From assembly GCF_006345805.1 (NCBI RefSeq), contig NC_042999.1:71548001-71612000 (forward strand): a DNA stretch of 64,000 nucleotides. The letters run 5' to 3'. Source of the DNA: Octopus sinensis. Lineage: Eukaryota. A program made the translations under genes and the position numbers. Shown piece by piece: positions 39,269 through 52,721 of this stretch; position 1 is the stretch's first letter; each line of letters begins with the position of its first letter. Below the pieces are notes generated by a model that saw only the letters and a program-made list of their open reading frames with translations, had not been told where the DNA came from and made no database searches.

Positions 39269-39809
39269 GTATATATGTATGTATGAACATGTATATATAT
39301 AAATGTATGGGTATATGTGTGTATGTATGTATGTGTATACGTATGTATAGCGTATACTTATGTATCTGGTCATTAAAATATCCGATTTTGAACTGAAAGT
39401 TTATTTTACTTTATCTCAACAAAAAGCAATGCAGTTAATCAAAGTATGAACTTAAATTATCAATATAACTTTGCCATATTATCAGTAGCATATTTACATC
39501 GGCAGCGAAGAATTCTGGAGAGCAAGTGCTGATGAAATCACGAAGGCTGTTTTTGCATCATCTTCCGATGTGATTTTTTTTTCTTTGCAAATTTTGTCTA
39601 ATGCCTGGCAAACGTGATAGTTGGTGCAATGTCTAGTGAATATGGTGGCTGACAGAGTACTTCTAAGTTTAATTCCTGTAACTTGAGTAGCGTTCTTGCT
39701 ACAACATGTGGTCAAGCCTGTCTCTATTGATCAATCTCGGTTGTTTAATTGCAAGTTGAATCATCATTTCGCCCAACTGATTGATGTATACATCCGTTGT
39801 AATTGACTT

Positions 39810-40440
39810 ACCAGGTCTCATAAAACTGTAATCGATGACACCAGCGCTGGACTACCAGACAGACGCCATTATTTATCATTTTTTTGGGGTGAATATTCTT
39901 TTTTGGATTGTATTTTGGCACTTCGTCTCTATCTATCTAACCACCGTGCAGAAAGCTTACTATTGCTGAAAATAATCCATCTCTCATCACACGTAACAAT
40001 AAAATACACACATCATTCACTTTTATGCCATGACAGCAAAGAACAGCGATCTCAAGACAACGTATCATTTGATGTTCGTTCAGTTCGTGTAGTAGCCACT
40101 TGTCCAGCTTTTTTTCCTTGCCGATTTGTTTCAGATGGTCCAATATAGTTGGAATCGAAACATCAAACCTTGTTGCTAACTCACGTAGTTTGCGATGTAT
40201 CTGCTTCTGCTAGTCTCCAGATCATCATTATCCACTTTGGTCTCACGTCTACCATGGGGCTGATTTTTAAAAGTAAAATTACGAGACCAGAACTTCTTAA
40301 ACCATCGATGTACAATGCGCTCATTCACTACATCTTCGACAAATATCTCACTGATGTTTTGAGCTGTCTGGGATACATTGATTCCGCTACGGAACCCATT
40401 CATATTCATAAACAATTCGAATTTATTATCTATCCATGAT
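39810..40440 (-). mobile_element. Decayed mariner transposase (cecropia/Hsmar1-like N-terminal half)
   Basis: FRSGINVSQTAQNISEIFVEDVVNERIVHRWFKKF..P.GR.ETKVDNDDL; HLKQIGKEKKLDKWLLHELNEHQ (WVPHEL); IVTCDE-like region; frameshifted. A possible TIR end TATCAGGTCATT (minus) lies near 40580-40595. Confidence 0.8.
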
Positions 40441-41091
40441 AGAGAAAACTATCAATATAATCAGACACCATGAACTGCATTTAGAAAAATGATGATATAG
40501 CTCTTCAATGTTGTAAAACAAAGAATTGTCAGGATAAAGTGACTGTAAAACTTGGTGCATAAAAATATCGGTCATTCCTAATGACCTGATATAATTGTCA
40601 TTCCTAATGACCTGATATAATTGTAAACGAATGTATATGATTACACGTGTATATGTATGTGCGTGTGTGTGTTCTAACGTGGAATAATGATGACAACTTT
40701 GTATCTTTCTAGCCCGTAGTCTGATGTTTTATTTTAGTGACCTCCCTAGATATGCTTTGGAAGGCCTATCTGTTTCCTGCTTGTCTTCACTACGAGACAC
40801 GACTATAAGATAATTAGGTAACAACTTGAAAATAGGATTGTTTTGACCACTTTCTTCCAAGATTCCCCGTTTAATCCTCAATTTCCTTCACATATTCCAT
40901 TGTTCTTGTTACAATGTCACTTATTTATCATGATAATTGATGTAAATGTAATCTTCGAGGTTTTATTTTGCCTAATTATACATGTTTAAAATCTTACTTC
41001 AGGATGGTGGATCTATGCTATGATGGAATCTATGTATGGATCAATAATATGCTACCGAAACAGTACATTTAAAATCCCATATATGTGCTTT

Positions 41092-41211
<120 letters not shown>

Positions 41212-42087
41212 CATATATACATACATACACACAAGTGTACTTATGTTTGTATATGTCCTGCCGTATGTACATGTATATATAAGGTGGATGGGGTGGGAGT
41301 AGAGGATGTAAGCATGTATATGTATGTGCAATCATGATTTCTAAAACAATACTCCGTGAAAAGATAATGGATGCAATTACATGAATCAAAGTGCAAATAT
41401 TTCACAATACTTTTGCTGAAACGAAAAACATGTAATATTCGATAATTTTTACTGCCAAAAGGTATTCGAGATCTTATTGATACTGCATAAAAACAATTGA
41501 TATACAGACAATGGAATTATCAATACAGTTCGTTAATTTTATTGATATATTGAACATGCAGCTTCAGGTATCCAAGTTTCCATTGCACTTTGTATTAAAT
41601 TTGCGTTTCCTTATAAATGAATCTTTGCTCCTTGAATATTCATAACTTCGGTGTATCTCCATAAAATTACGGTAGTTACTTGCAGTTGGAATATTTAACT
41701 TATTGGAAGAAATGCATTTGATGCAATGTATTCTTGCTGAGTCAGTGAACTGACAGACTGGTTACAGCGATTTGCAGTATTTGTTCTGGTTCCATTGTGA
41801 ATTCAACAAATTCTCTTGTGGCTGGGCTGCTTTTAATTTGTTTGGGATCGATAATATAACGCATGTTAGCTGTACGGGCACAACTAGTGAAAATATTATA
41901 GATCTTGGTGGAATTTTGAGGGCGGCGTTGTTGCCGCGTTTTATCACAGCAAGATTGATTTGCAGACATTTCTTGCAAAGTACAATCAATGGGCGGTCGT
42001 GGCTGTTTTATTCTAGTTTCATTGAAATTCTTCTCTAATAAAAGTGAATCAGTGTAGTGTTGTGACTTACTTATTTCTGTCTTACAG

Positions 42088-42145
42088 CTCAAACCTATGT
42101 AAATGAATACTTAGTTGAATGAAAACTGTTCAGAAGCCTATGCGA
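42088..42145 (+). other. Candidate short non-coding (5' UTR/lncRNA) exon
   Basis: Acceptor TGACTTACTTATTTCTGTCTTACAG| and donor CGA|GTAAGT. The 58 nt contain stops in all three frames. Motif-only. Confidence 0.3.
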
Positions 42146-43010
42146 GTAAGTTTTGGGAAGTGAGATCTGAGCAGCTAATCGAATATATAAACGTTGAACT
42201 TTATCATGTACTTCAAATAATCGTGTTTTAAAAACAGTATTCCAATATCTAATTCTGTGAAATCACCTTTGATTGCATCAATTTCGTCAGTTATTTGATA
42301 TTTTATATGAAACAGCGTCGAAATCTGTTGAAGTATGAAGGAAGAAAGAGTGAATGTAACTTGTCTGAATCTAAGAAAACACACAGTTGCAAATGTAATA
42401 CTATAAATAGGAAACTGAACTACGAAAGGATTCCAGTGATCAAGGCTGAAACCGAAAGAAATAAAATGGAAAAAGCATTCACTAAATTCAGATATGTAGT
42501 GAGTTGCTTTAAAATAAGTACTTTGTGGGTGGTTTTAAAATATTCCCCAGCTTTAGACGAAATGGAATTGTGAATAATGAGCAGAAATTCCCAAAGAAAA
42601 GAACGGTAAATCAGTTTGTACTAAAATCGATATTGCTTCCAGTTTCAAAGATTAATTATTTAATCAGTCAGGTAAACAATGAAAACAGTATATGATGTAA
42701 TTCTCTAATATAAATACATCGAATAAAAACGTTTTAGCAAATAATATTTTAACAATTAATATCTACTTTGTATCATTAAAACTTCACTATGAGCTTATGT
42801 GGCGTACATTCCAGTGATATAATTAATTTAAAAAATCAGAACACGTGAATATGTGCGACAGAACTGGAGACGCTTACGTACGCCATGAGTTTAATTCATA
42901 TATATATATATATATTATATATATATATATATAGCATAAATCAAAGTGGATGACAGATTTTCGTAGGTCAAGTTTCTTTATCGTGGGAATATAAAATACC
43001 TAAAAATTTT

Positions 43011-43377
43011 GGGGGAAGGGGGCCAGTCGATTACATCGACCACAGTACGCAACTGGTTTTTAATTTATCGACCCCGAAGGGATGAAAGGCAAAATCGACC
43101 TCGGCGGAATTTGAACTCAGAACGTAAAAACAGACAAAATACCTATTTCTTTTCTACCCACAAGGGATTAAACATAGAGGGGACAAAGAAGTACAGACAA
43201 ACGGATTAAGCCGATTACATTGACCCCAGTGCGTCACTTGTACTTAATTTATCGACCCCGAAAGGATGAAAGGCAAAGTCGACCTCGGCGGAATTTGAAC
43301 TCAGAACGTAACGGCAGACGAAATACGGCTACGCATTTCGCCCGGCGTGCTAACGTTTCTGACAGCTCGCCGCCTTT
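43011..43377 (-). mobile_element. Tandem SINE pair: partial copy (43011-43143) fused to a full copy (43144-43377)
   Basis: Two ATTTATCGACCCCGAA.GGATGAAAGGCAAA cores. The junction is CAGACAAAATACC|TATTTC. Confidence 0.9.
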
Positions 43378-44233
43378 CCAATATTAGAATCAGTAATACA
43401 ATACATCAGTACAAAAGCTTACGATCGTTTCGATGAATGCGTTTGCATCGGGCGAATTTCCAAGCCGATACAATTAGTCGCATTTCTCTCATCAGAGGTA
43501 CAAAAGAATTGATTAAAATATTTTAAAATTTGAGAAAGCTTAAAATACCTCCTACTTACAGAACTTGTGGTCACATCGAGTAATATTATATTTTTTTTAA
43601 ATGTTATAGTATTTTAAAAAAAGTACAGAGTGAAAAAGGTTGTGAAGTAAAACATTTGTGCGAATGAAAATGTTTGCAAAAATATGAGGACTCAAATTTG
43701 GTTAACCATTTAAAAAAACAGTTAGATTGCTGATATGTAAACCAATAGAAATAAGGTGAATCCATATATGCAGAATGTTAGTGGGAACAGTATAAAATTT
43801 CACATGTTATTTCACAACGATTCACAATGACCGCTAACTTACAAATTATATATAGAAGGTTAATATGTTATAGACAGCCATGTGCAACTTGTTACTAAAA
43901 GGAAAACTATAAATGTCACTAAATATGAATAGAGTGTTAGACTACCTACATTGCTAGAAATAAGAGCTAAAAAGATCTAAAGCTGCAGAGAATTAAATCC
44001 GGAATCAGTCGAATCGAGCGGTCCCTAGTGATGAGGCTACGGTCTAGTTATGAGGCTATTAGTGTAGGGTATTTCTCGACCGGGGTTTTCGGGCGATTAC
44101 ATTCCTTGTCAGTACACACGTATAAAATTACGTACTTCAATTACAATATTAGAGCTTTTAGCTTTTATTTCTAGCAATGTAGGTGTTCTAACATCCTAGT
44201 CATATTTAGTGAAATATATATATATATATATAT

Positions 44234-44588
44234 AAGTGGTTAGCTATAAGCCTCTCCAGGTGCTAGAAAAAACTCCGAAAAATAAAATACGGGCTGTAGT
44301 CGGGCAAAGAAACCAGATAATGAATTAAACTTTTGATTAACCATGTACAAGATCCTGGTTCAAGCTTAAGGCAAAAACAAAGAAATATTCCTACTGCTCT
44401 CATCAGCAACGGTACTCCGTAGCCTGAAACAGGATCTTGCACACAGTTAATCAAAAGTTTAATTCATTATCTTTCATTTTCCCGGCTACAACCCGTGTTT
44501 TATTTTTCGGTGTATTTTAAGGTAGTAATAGCGTCATTGGCGTCTATTTTTCTAGTGGGTGGAGAGGCTTATAGCCAATCCCTTGATA
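44234..44588. mobile_element. MITE/foldback element with ~125-150 bp inverted arms
   Basis: Left arm 44243-44364 (GCTATAAGCCTCTCCA...GATAATGAATTAAACTTTTGATTAAC..CAAGATCCTG) is the reverse complement of right arm 44423-44575, with a ~25-bp indel. TA-rich flanks. Confidence 0.85.
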
Positions 44589-44700
44589 TAGTTATGTATA
44601 TAATTAAAAAAATATTTGTAAAATTTACCTATTAGGCTTTGTTTCCGCGCTGACAAAAATGCACCAAAATTTACTGGAAATAGTAAGTAAAACTTCAATG

Positions 44701-44746
<46 letters not shown>

Positions 44747-45132
44747 CTGGCAAAATGTTAACGAGCAGCGAACGTAAAAATTTCATCTTACCTGTAGGAA
44801 GAACATTAAATAAATATACAACCCAGATATGGACCTAGGTTCGAACTTTCCAAATAACGTTTGCTAACGTAAATTTGATAAGTTCTCATCGGCTAGATTT
44901 ACCTTGACAAACTCTCAAATGTCGCTACATCAATACTAGTATATACTTATCTGAAACGTCTAGATATTAACAGACCGAGAACTGTGAAAAGTTTCCAAAG
45001 AAAACATTATTAAATAGCGCGATACAGTAGTATTGCTTCCCAGTAAAACAAAGTACTATCAGATTAAAGTATGAATAAGATATATTAGTACAACAATGTA
45101 CTGGAAATAGCAGTCGATAATATACGACCATG

Positions 45133-45186
<54 letters not shown>

Positions 45187-45191
45187 TATAT

Positions 45192-45380
45192 AGGGAGAGT
45201 TTACGAAAAAAACCCAAAAGACGAAGTCAGGTGGTGTACAAAACAAACAGATGTATTAGTATAACGCTCAGGAATAGAAAAAGTCTTTTACGTTTCGAGC
45301 CTACGCACTTCTACAGAAAGGGACACAGAAAAAACAGGGAGAGAAAAAAATGTGTGTAGTGGCTAACGATCTATCATGGC
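45192..45380 (-). mobile_element. Short repeat with hammerhead-like motif, subfamily B
   Basis: Minus reads CTTT-CTGTAGA-A-GTGC-GTAG-GCTC-GAAA-CGTA-AAAG (45285-45320). Aligns with 61148-61335; (TA)n on both sides. Confidence 0.65.
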
Positions 45381-45402
45381 TAACGATCTATCATATATAT
45401 AT

Positions 45403-45444
<42 letters not shown>

Positions 45445-45694
45445 TATATATATATATATACATACATACACACACGTGCGTGTGTATATGTATGTGTGTG
45501 TGTTGAAACATGCAGATATGCATATAACTATTATATTTGTACGCATGTGCTGAATGGAGGATGAACATGAAGCGATTTGCACTAAACAAATGAAAATATT
45601 AATGTCCAAAACGCTATGTAATGGTATGTTGACAGTTGTATATTGTGAGAGTAAACTATGATCGCGTACGTACAAACGCGGACACAATCATGAA

Positions 45695-45740
<46 letters not shown>

Positions 45741-46437
45741 CGCGTGTGTGTATAATTAGAAACAGGCGCTCATACATGTATGCGTGAGAAAAAATGACCT
45801 AAATGAACGAATAAATAAATAAAATCCATTACGCAACATAATAGAATAGATGAACCAGATTACGCAATATGTGAATCTACTCATATAGAAAACCATATAC
45901 TATATGTAATGTATTAATCTATTCACAGAGAAAATCACACAGTTTGCGTAATATTTTAAGCGATTGAGAGAGAAATTCATGTAGCATATATAATATATTG
46001 ATCTATTCAAACTAAAAATCACTGGTTATTTTAATGTCCTTTGCATTTTATGTGTGTGACAAAATGCAAAAGAAGATGCCTGGTAAGTAATTGAAATTTT
46101 TTTTAAAGTATGCAAACATGTTTCAGAATATGGACTGTTGAATGTACGGAAAATAATTTTAACCCATTTTTGCTTTGGAATCTCCTATTTTGCATCTAAA
46201 TAAAAAAGATGAGCAATTTTTTTAGCAACAAGCCAAACTTAGATTGCTAAATTGATTTCTATTTGTTAATGAATATTTTCGCATGTATATTGTCATGCTA
46301 TTTTCCCTTTTCAACCGTTTGAAAGAAGGAACTCGGATTAACGATTCACAAAGCTTCAATTTCCCATATACTATACAAATATATTTTATATATTAAAAAC
46401 TTTTCTCTTGTCATATTCTAAACAGAAATATTCACAC

Positions 46438-46625
<188 letters not shown>

Positions 46626-47985
46626 TTTATCGATCTATTAGTGTGTGCACGCATATTCCCCAGACGTGAACATACACACACACACACACTCTCTCTCTCT
46701 CTCTCTCAAACGCGTATGCGCGCACACATGCACACACACACATACACGCAGAGACACACAAGCACTTATGTTGCTGCAGTATGACTGTGTGTATAAGATG
46801 ATCACTTTGTGATAATGAGACCATGGTTCCCATTCTGCTGCGTGGCATTTTGGAAAGGTTGATCCATCTATAGTCTCATGTAGACCTTGTGATTGAAATT
46901 AGGCAGACGGAAACTGTATGGAAGCAGGTATGATGGATTGTAACTCTAATTCAAAAATCCATCCCTGTCAAACAGTACGACAGTGAGTCCGCTGGACAAA
47001 TAAATTAAGCTGTACGAGTCAGTGGAATACTCGTCCAAATGCACTAAATCACTGAATCTGGTTGTTCATGTTACTGAAAAGCTACTATTCATGTTCGAAA
47101 ATTCTGACCTAGCTCATGTATATATAACCCGTGCACAGGCACATCTACAAATACATTACTCGAATTGAAAAACTAAAAAACTTCATCGCAACTTGAGTTT
47201 CTTGCTACAGAAATCATCAAGCGAGAACTGTATGCTTTTTTTTTACGGAACCAGTATATCTGCTCTTTAATAATATCAATGCAATCGTATATTTCTGATT
47301 ATGATTCTTGACTCGATTGGTGCATCTTTACTCTTTTTTCTCTTCGGTTGTTTTAATTATGGGCTTTTCATTGGCTGGTTTCAAATTGTATTTTATTATA
47401 TTTTATTATAGTCGATTTCCTTGGATTATTTATTTATATAATTCGCTTCGTCATGCTTATAATTTTTTTTTATGCGTATGATACTTTTGGTTTTATTCTC
47501 ATAAATATATTTGTTTAAAGCTCATTGTTATTGTAAGAATATCTTGCTGTTCATCAAATTCACTGTGAATTTTTGTTGTTGTATAGACCATATCTTGACT
47601 TTCAAATACTGAAATAGCAAAAAATGCGTCTTTATGATTCATTGGTCATGCAACAACCTTTGAAATTTTAGGCCCAGTGATTTTGCCTTCCCTGCAAAAA
47701 GCAAATTCTCTATAACAAAAACACAAAAAAGCAGGGAGAATGAGACATGTAGATTCATATGTAAGTATGTATGTACACACACACACATGTATAAATATAT
47801 ATGTACACACACACACACACATATATATATACACCTAAGTGCGTATACACGTACATGCACTCTCACTAACGTGTGTGTTTGTGCATCGTATGTGTCTGTG
47901 TGTGTGTGTGCTGTATGAATATGCATTCCGCACGAATGCATTTCAGATGTGTATATACACACACACACACACAACACACACACAC

Positions 47986-48050
<65 letters not shown>

Positions 48051-48629
48051 ATTTGTCAATATCCACGAATGCTATGTAGTGCACTCATTTCTATCGTTCG
48101 ACATTTACGTATATATATACCTTTTCTTTCCTTTCTTTGTGCCTACTCATCCCGCATTTTGCATCAACCATCACGTTCTTTCTTAAGTTTTCTTATGTAC
48201 CGGTGTGGTGCTTTTCAAATAAGCCTACCCATGTGCACTGAACCCGCAATATTACTCGTACGAAGTGAGACATGTGCAAGTTTGTATAGAAAGGGTTAAA
48301 ACATGATAAGTCATAAAAAGTATAGTATCATATGCTAAAATCATTAGAATACGATATCATCTAAGTCTTTCACATCTGTAGTGTAAATGCACTATTGTCA
48401 CGAAAATTTTGACAGCTCATGAACGATGAATATAACAGCTGTTTTATGCAAATTTGTGTGACCTAGATGACTCTTCAGCGGTGTAATTATTGTAGCCTCA
48501 AAGCAGGTGCTTGATCAAATTACTAGTTATATAAATGCAGCTTCAACGTAAATACGAAGAACAAATACATGCAGATATAGATATGCACACATGCATACAT
48601 CCACACAACATACTCATTTATACAATCTT

Positions 48630-48841
48630 GCATGTATGTATGTATGTATGTATGTATGTATGTATGTATGTATGTATGTATGTATGTATGTATGTATGTA
48701 TGTATGTATGTATGTATGTATGTATGTATGTATGTATGTATGTATGTATGTATGTATGTATGTATTTATGTATGTATGTATGTATGTATGTGTGTATGTA
48801 TGCATGCATGCATGTGTGTATATATGTATTTATATACATAC

Positions 48842-48908
<67 letters not shown>
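48630..48908. repeat. (TATG)n followed by (CATA)/(TA)n
   Basis: Read directly. Confidence 0.95.
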
Positions 48909-48909
48909 T

Positions 48910-50099
48910 CGAGGGGCGTTCAATAAGTAATGCCCCTGACCCACTTCCCATACCAGTAGAGCAACGGAACTTGGGTACAGTTATTGGTCTTTTTCTACAT
49001 AGGAACCACTCAGAGTTACGCATTTCTCCCATCGTTTGATCCAGCTCTGGAGACCGTTTTTGTAAAAGACCCCCAGCTTGGTCCTCCATCCACGACGTGA
49101 CTCTAGAAATCAAGGCTGCATCATCTGGGAAATGCTTTCCTTTCAAAAACAACTTCATGGCTAGGAAGAGGTGAAAATCACAGGGTGCAAAATCACAGGA
49201 GAGTAGGGGGGGAGTTCATAGCCGCACGCCTGTGCTTCTGATCTGGCGACACGCGAGTTGTGGACCGGAGCGTTGTCCTGCAGGAGGAGGATGCCTTTGC
49301 TGATCTTGCCCCGCCTCTTGATTTTGATAGCTTCTCTTAATTTCCTCAAAAGTGAAGCATAATAGGCTCCTGTAATTGTGGTACCCTTTGCCAGGAAATC
49401 TGTTATCACTACTCCGTCCTGGTCCCAGAAGACTGTGAGCATGACCTTGCCAGCAGAGGGCTGCACCCTTGCCCTCTTTGGAGGAGGTGAGTCACGGTGC
49501 TTCCACTGCATTGACTGGGCTTTGGTCTCTGGATCATAGTGATGGACCCAGGTTTCATCCTGTGTAATCAGTCTTTTGAAAAAGTTTGACTCATCTTCTT
49601 GGTACGTCTCCAAATTCATCCTCGAGCATTCGACGCGTTCTTGCTTCTGGAAAGGTGTGAGCAACCTGGGAATCCGTCTGGCAGACACCTTTTGCATATG
49701 CAAATGGTTATGAATAATAGTTTTCACTAACCCGGTACTAATCTTGACCTCATGGGCTATTTGGCGAATAGTTATGCGTCGATCTTCGAAAATGGCAGCC
49801 TCAACTTGACGGGCATATGTCTCGTCAATGGCAGAAGGGGGTCGACCAGATCTGGGAGCTGTTTCCACAGAGTTCCGACCATGTTTGAATTCACGATGCC
49901 AGCGTTTTACAAGGTCATATGATAGGGCATCATCACCATAAGTTACTTTCATTTCATCAAAAGTCTCCCATGGTGTGCGTCCTTTCAAATACAAAAACCG
50001 GATCATTGCTCGACACTCAACAGGCTCCATTTCCCACTTGACTCAGTTCAAACACCTGTTAATCGGAAACCAGAGGCATTACTTATTGAACTTCCCTCG
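48910..50099 (-). mobile_element. Mariner DNA transposon with both TIRs, irritans/Hsmar2-like
   Basis: TIRs CGAGGGGCGTTCAATAAGTAATGCC (48910-48934) and the reverse complement CGAGGGAAGTTCAATAAGTAATGCC (50075-50099). Inserted in (TA)n; 1190 bp. Confidence 0.95.
48981..50030 (-). pseudogene. Mariner (DD34D) transposase, near-intact with two late frameshifts
   Basis: 289 open codons: HTH region, GRP, SARRIPRLL (WVP variant), ITQDETWVHHYDPE, FWD, LQDNAPVH. A frameshift follows at YSP(DLAPCDFHLF), then MKLFLKGKHF..., a second frameshift, and ..RWEKCV...YVEKDQ* (stop 48981-48983). Confidence 0.92.
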
Positions 50100-50601
50100 T
50101 ATATATATATATATATATATACTGATAAATTGATAAATAAATATAGAGATATGCACACAAAGTGCTGCATTTATACATACAAACAAACATTCATTCCCGC
50201 ACACATGCACACACGCACGCACAAACACGCGCGCCCACATACCCCCCCCCCACACACACATACACGCGTGCATCCCCCCATATATATATATATATATATA
50301 TAGATGTATACAAATGAGATATGTAAATGTTATGTAAATGCATTCTACCAATTTATATTTAACACATTCTCAACATTAACAGCGCTAATTATCTCTGACG
50401 CTTAATAAGACACATGCTCAAAGAAGAATCAGTGAGTTTTAATTATTATTGCATTAATTATACTATAATGGATTTATGAAAATTTAAAAGGCGTTTTCTG
50501 AGGTATAAATTTGAAATTCAGTGCATGCTGCAGCTAATTCTTAAGTGCTATTTTGAAAATTTATGGACACTATCGTCAGTTTGCGCGCGAATATATGTAT
50601 A

Positions 50602-51514
<913 letters not shown>

Positions 51515-51749
51515 TTATCATTTCTCCACGTGCGGTCAACACAACCCCACCATTTATTGATCTATATATATATATATATAGATATATATATATATACATA
51601 CATGGATATAAGTATATATGTATATATATATATATATATATTTATATATACATACATACATATATATTTTTTCTATATACGAATTTTTAAGTGTTATTTA
51701 GAAAATTCATGGACATTATCATCAATCTGCGCGCGAATATATGTATATT

Positions 51750-51809
<60 letters not shown>

Positions 51810-51822
51810 CATATATATATAT

Positions 51823-52666
51823 AAAGGTAAATGACGTGCAGACTGGATACACTGGCCCATGAAGAATTGCAATCCCTGAGTCAAAATCAGTGCGTGACCT
51901 AGGCATTGACATGAGCAATGATGCATCATTCCAAGTGCATATTACTAATCTGGTGATAAAATGCAGACGGCCAGCTGGATGGATTCTCCGAACTTTCAGA
52001 ACAAGAGAGAAGGAGACACTGATGGTCCTCTGGAAAACATTCGTCCTCAGCCGCTTGGACTACTGCTCCCAACTATGGTCACCACACAATATAAAACTAA
52101 CAGCAGAACTCGAAGCAATTCAGAGAAGCTACACAAAGAAGATCGTCTCAATGCAAAATATCAGCTACTGGGAAAGACTGAAAGTATTAAACCTCTTCTC
52201 CCTAGAGTGGAGGCGGGAGAGATATGCGGTGATATACATCTGGAAAATCCGGGAGGGTCTTGTCCCAAACTTTGGCATTCAAAGTTACCCTAACCGAAGA
52301 ACGGGGCGCCACTGCATGGTGCCAAAGATTCCAACATCACCATCAAAATACAGGACCAGATACTGCAACAGCTTGGGTTTCAGAGGACCACAGCTCTTTA
52401 ACATCCTCCCTAAATGCCTGAGAGACTTACATGGTGTGGATGTGGGTTTCTTTAAAAATAAAATGGATCTCTTCTCGTCGGGTGTCCCAGATGAACCTAC
52501 CTCACGACAGGAGACGCAGATGCGGGCAGCAGCATCGAACTCCCTTGTTGATCAAGTGCCACGTATAAGAGGTGGATTCACATATTAGTGTAGCTCATTC
52601 AGCGGTGGTGCACCAGCATGGCCGCGGCCTTCGGGCTAAAACATTTTAAAGAATTTATGAATTTAA

Positions 52667-52668
<2 letters not shown>
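51823..52668 (+). mobile_element. 5'-truncated CR1/L2-group LINE 3' end (RT C-terminus plus 3' UTR)
   Basis: VRDLGIDMSNDASFQVHI..ILRTF..LWKTFVLSRLDYCSQLWSP..LEAIQRSYTK..YWERLKVLNLFSLEWRRER is the typical CR1-group post-RT region (open 51890-52588). The 3' UTR has a stem-loop and a short-repeat tail. Confidence 0.9.

Positions 52669-52721
<53 letters not shown>

Noticed and set aside
46064-46088. CAAAATG start (MQKKMP) followed by CTG|GTAAGT
   Set aside because: No convincing upstream acceptor or promoter, only six codons, and not distinguishable from chance.
48285-48300. AGGGTTAA as a piggyBac right end
   Set aside because: I could not find a matching TTAACCCT left terminus at a plausible distance.
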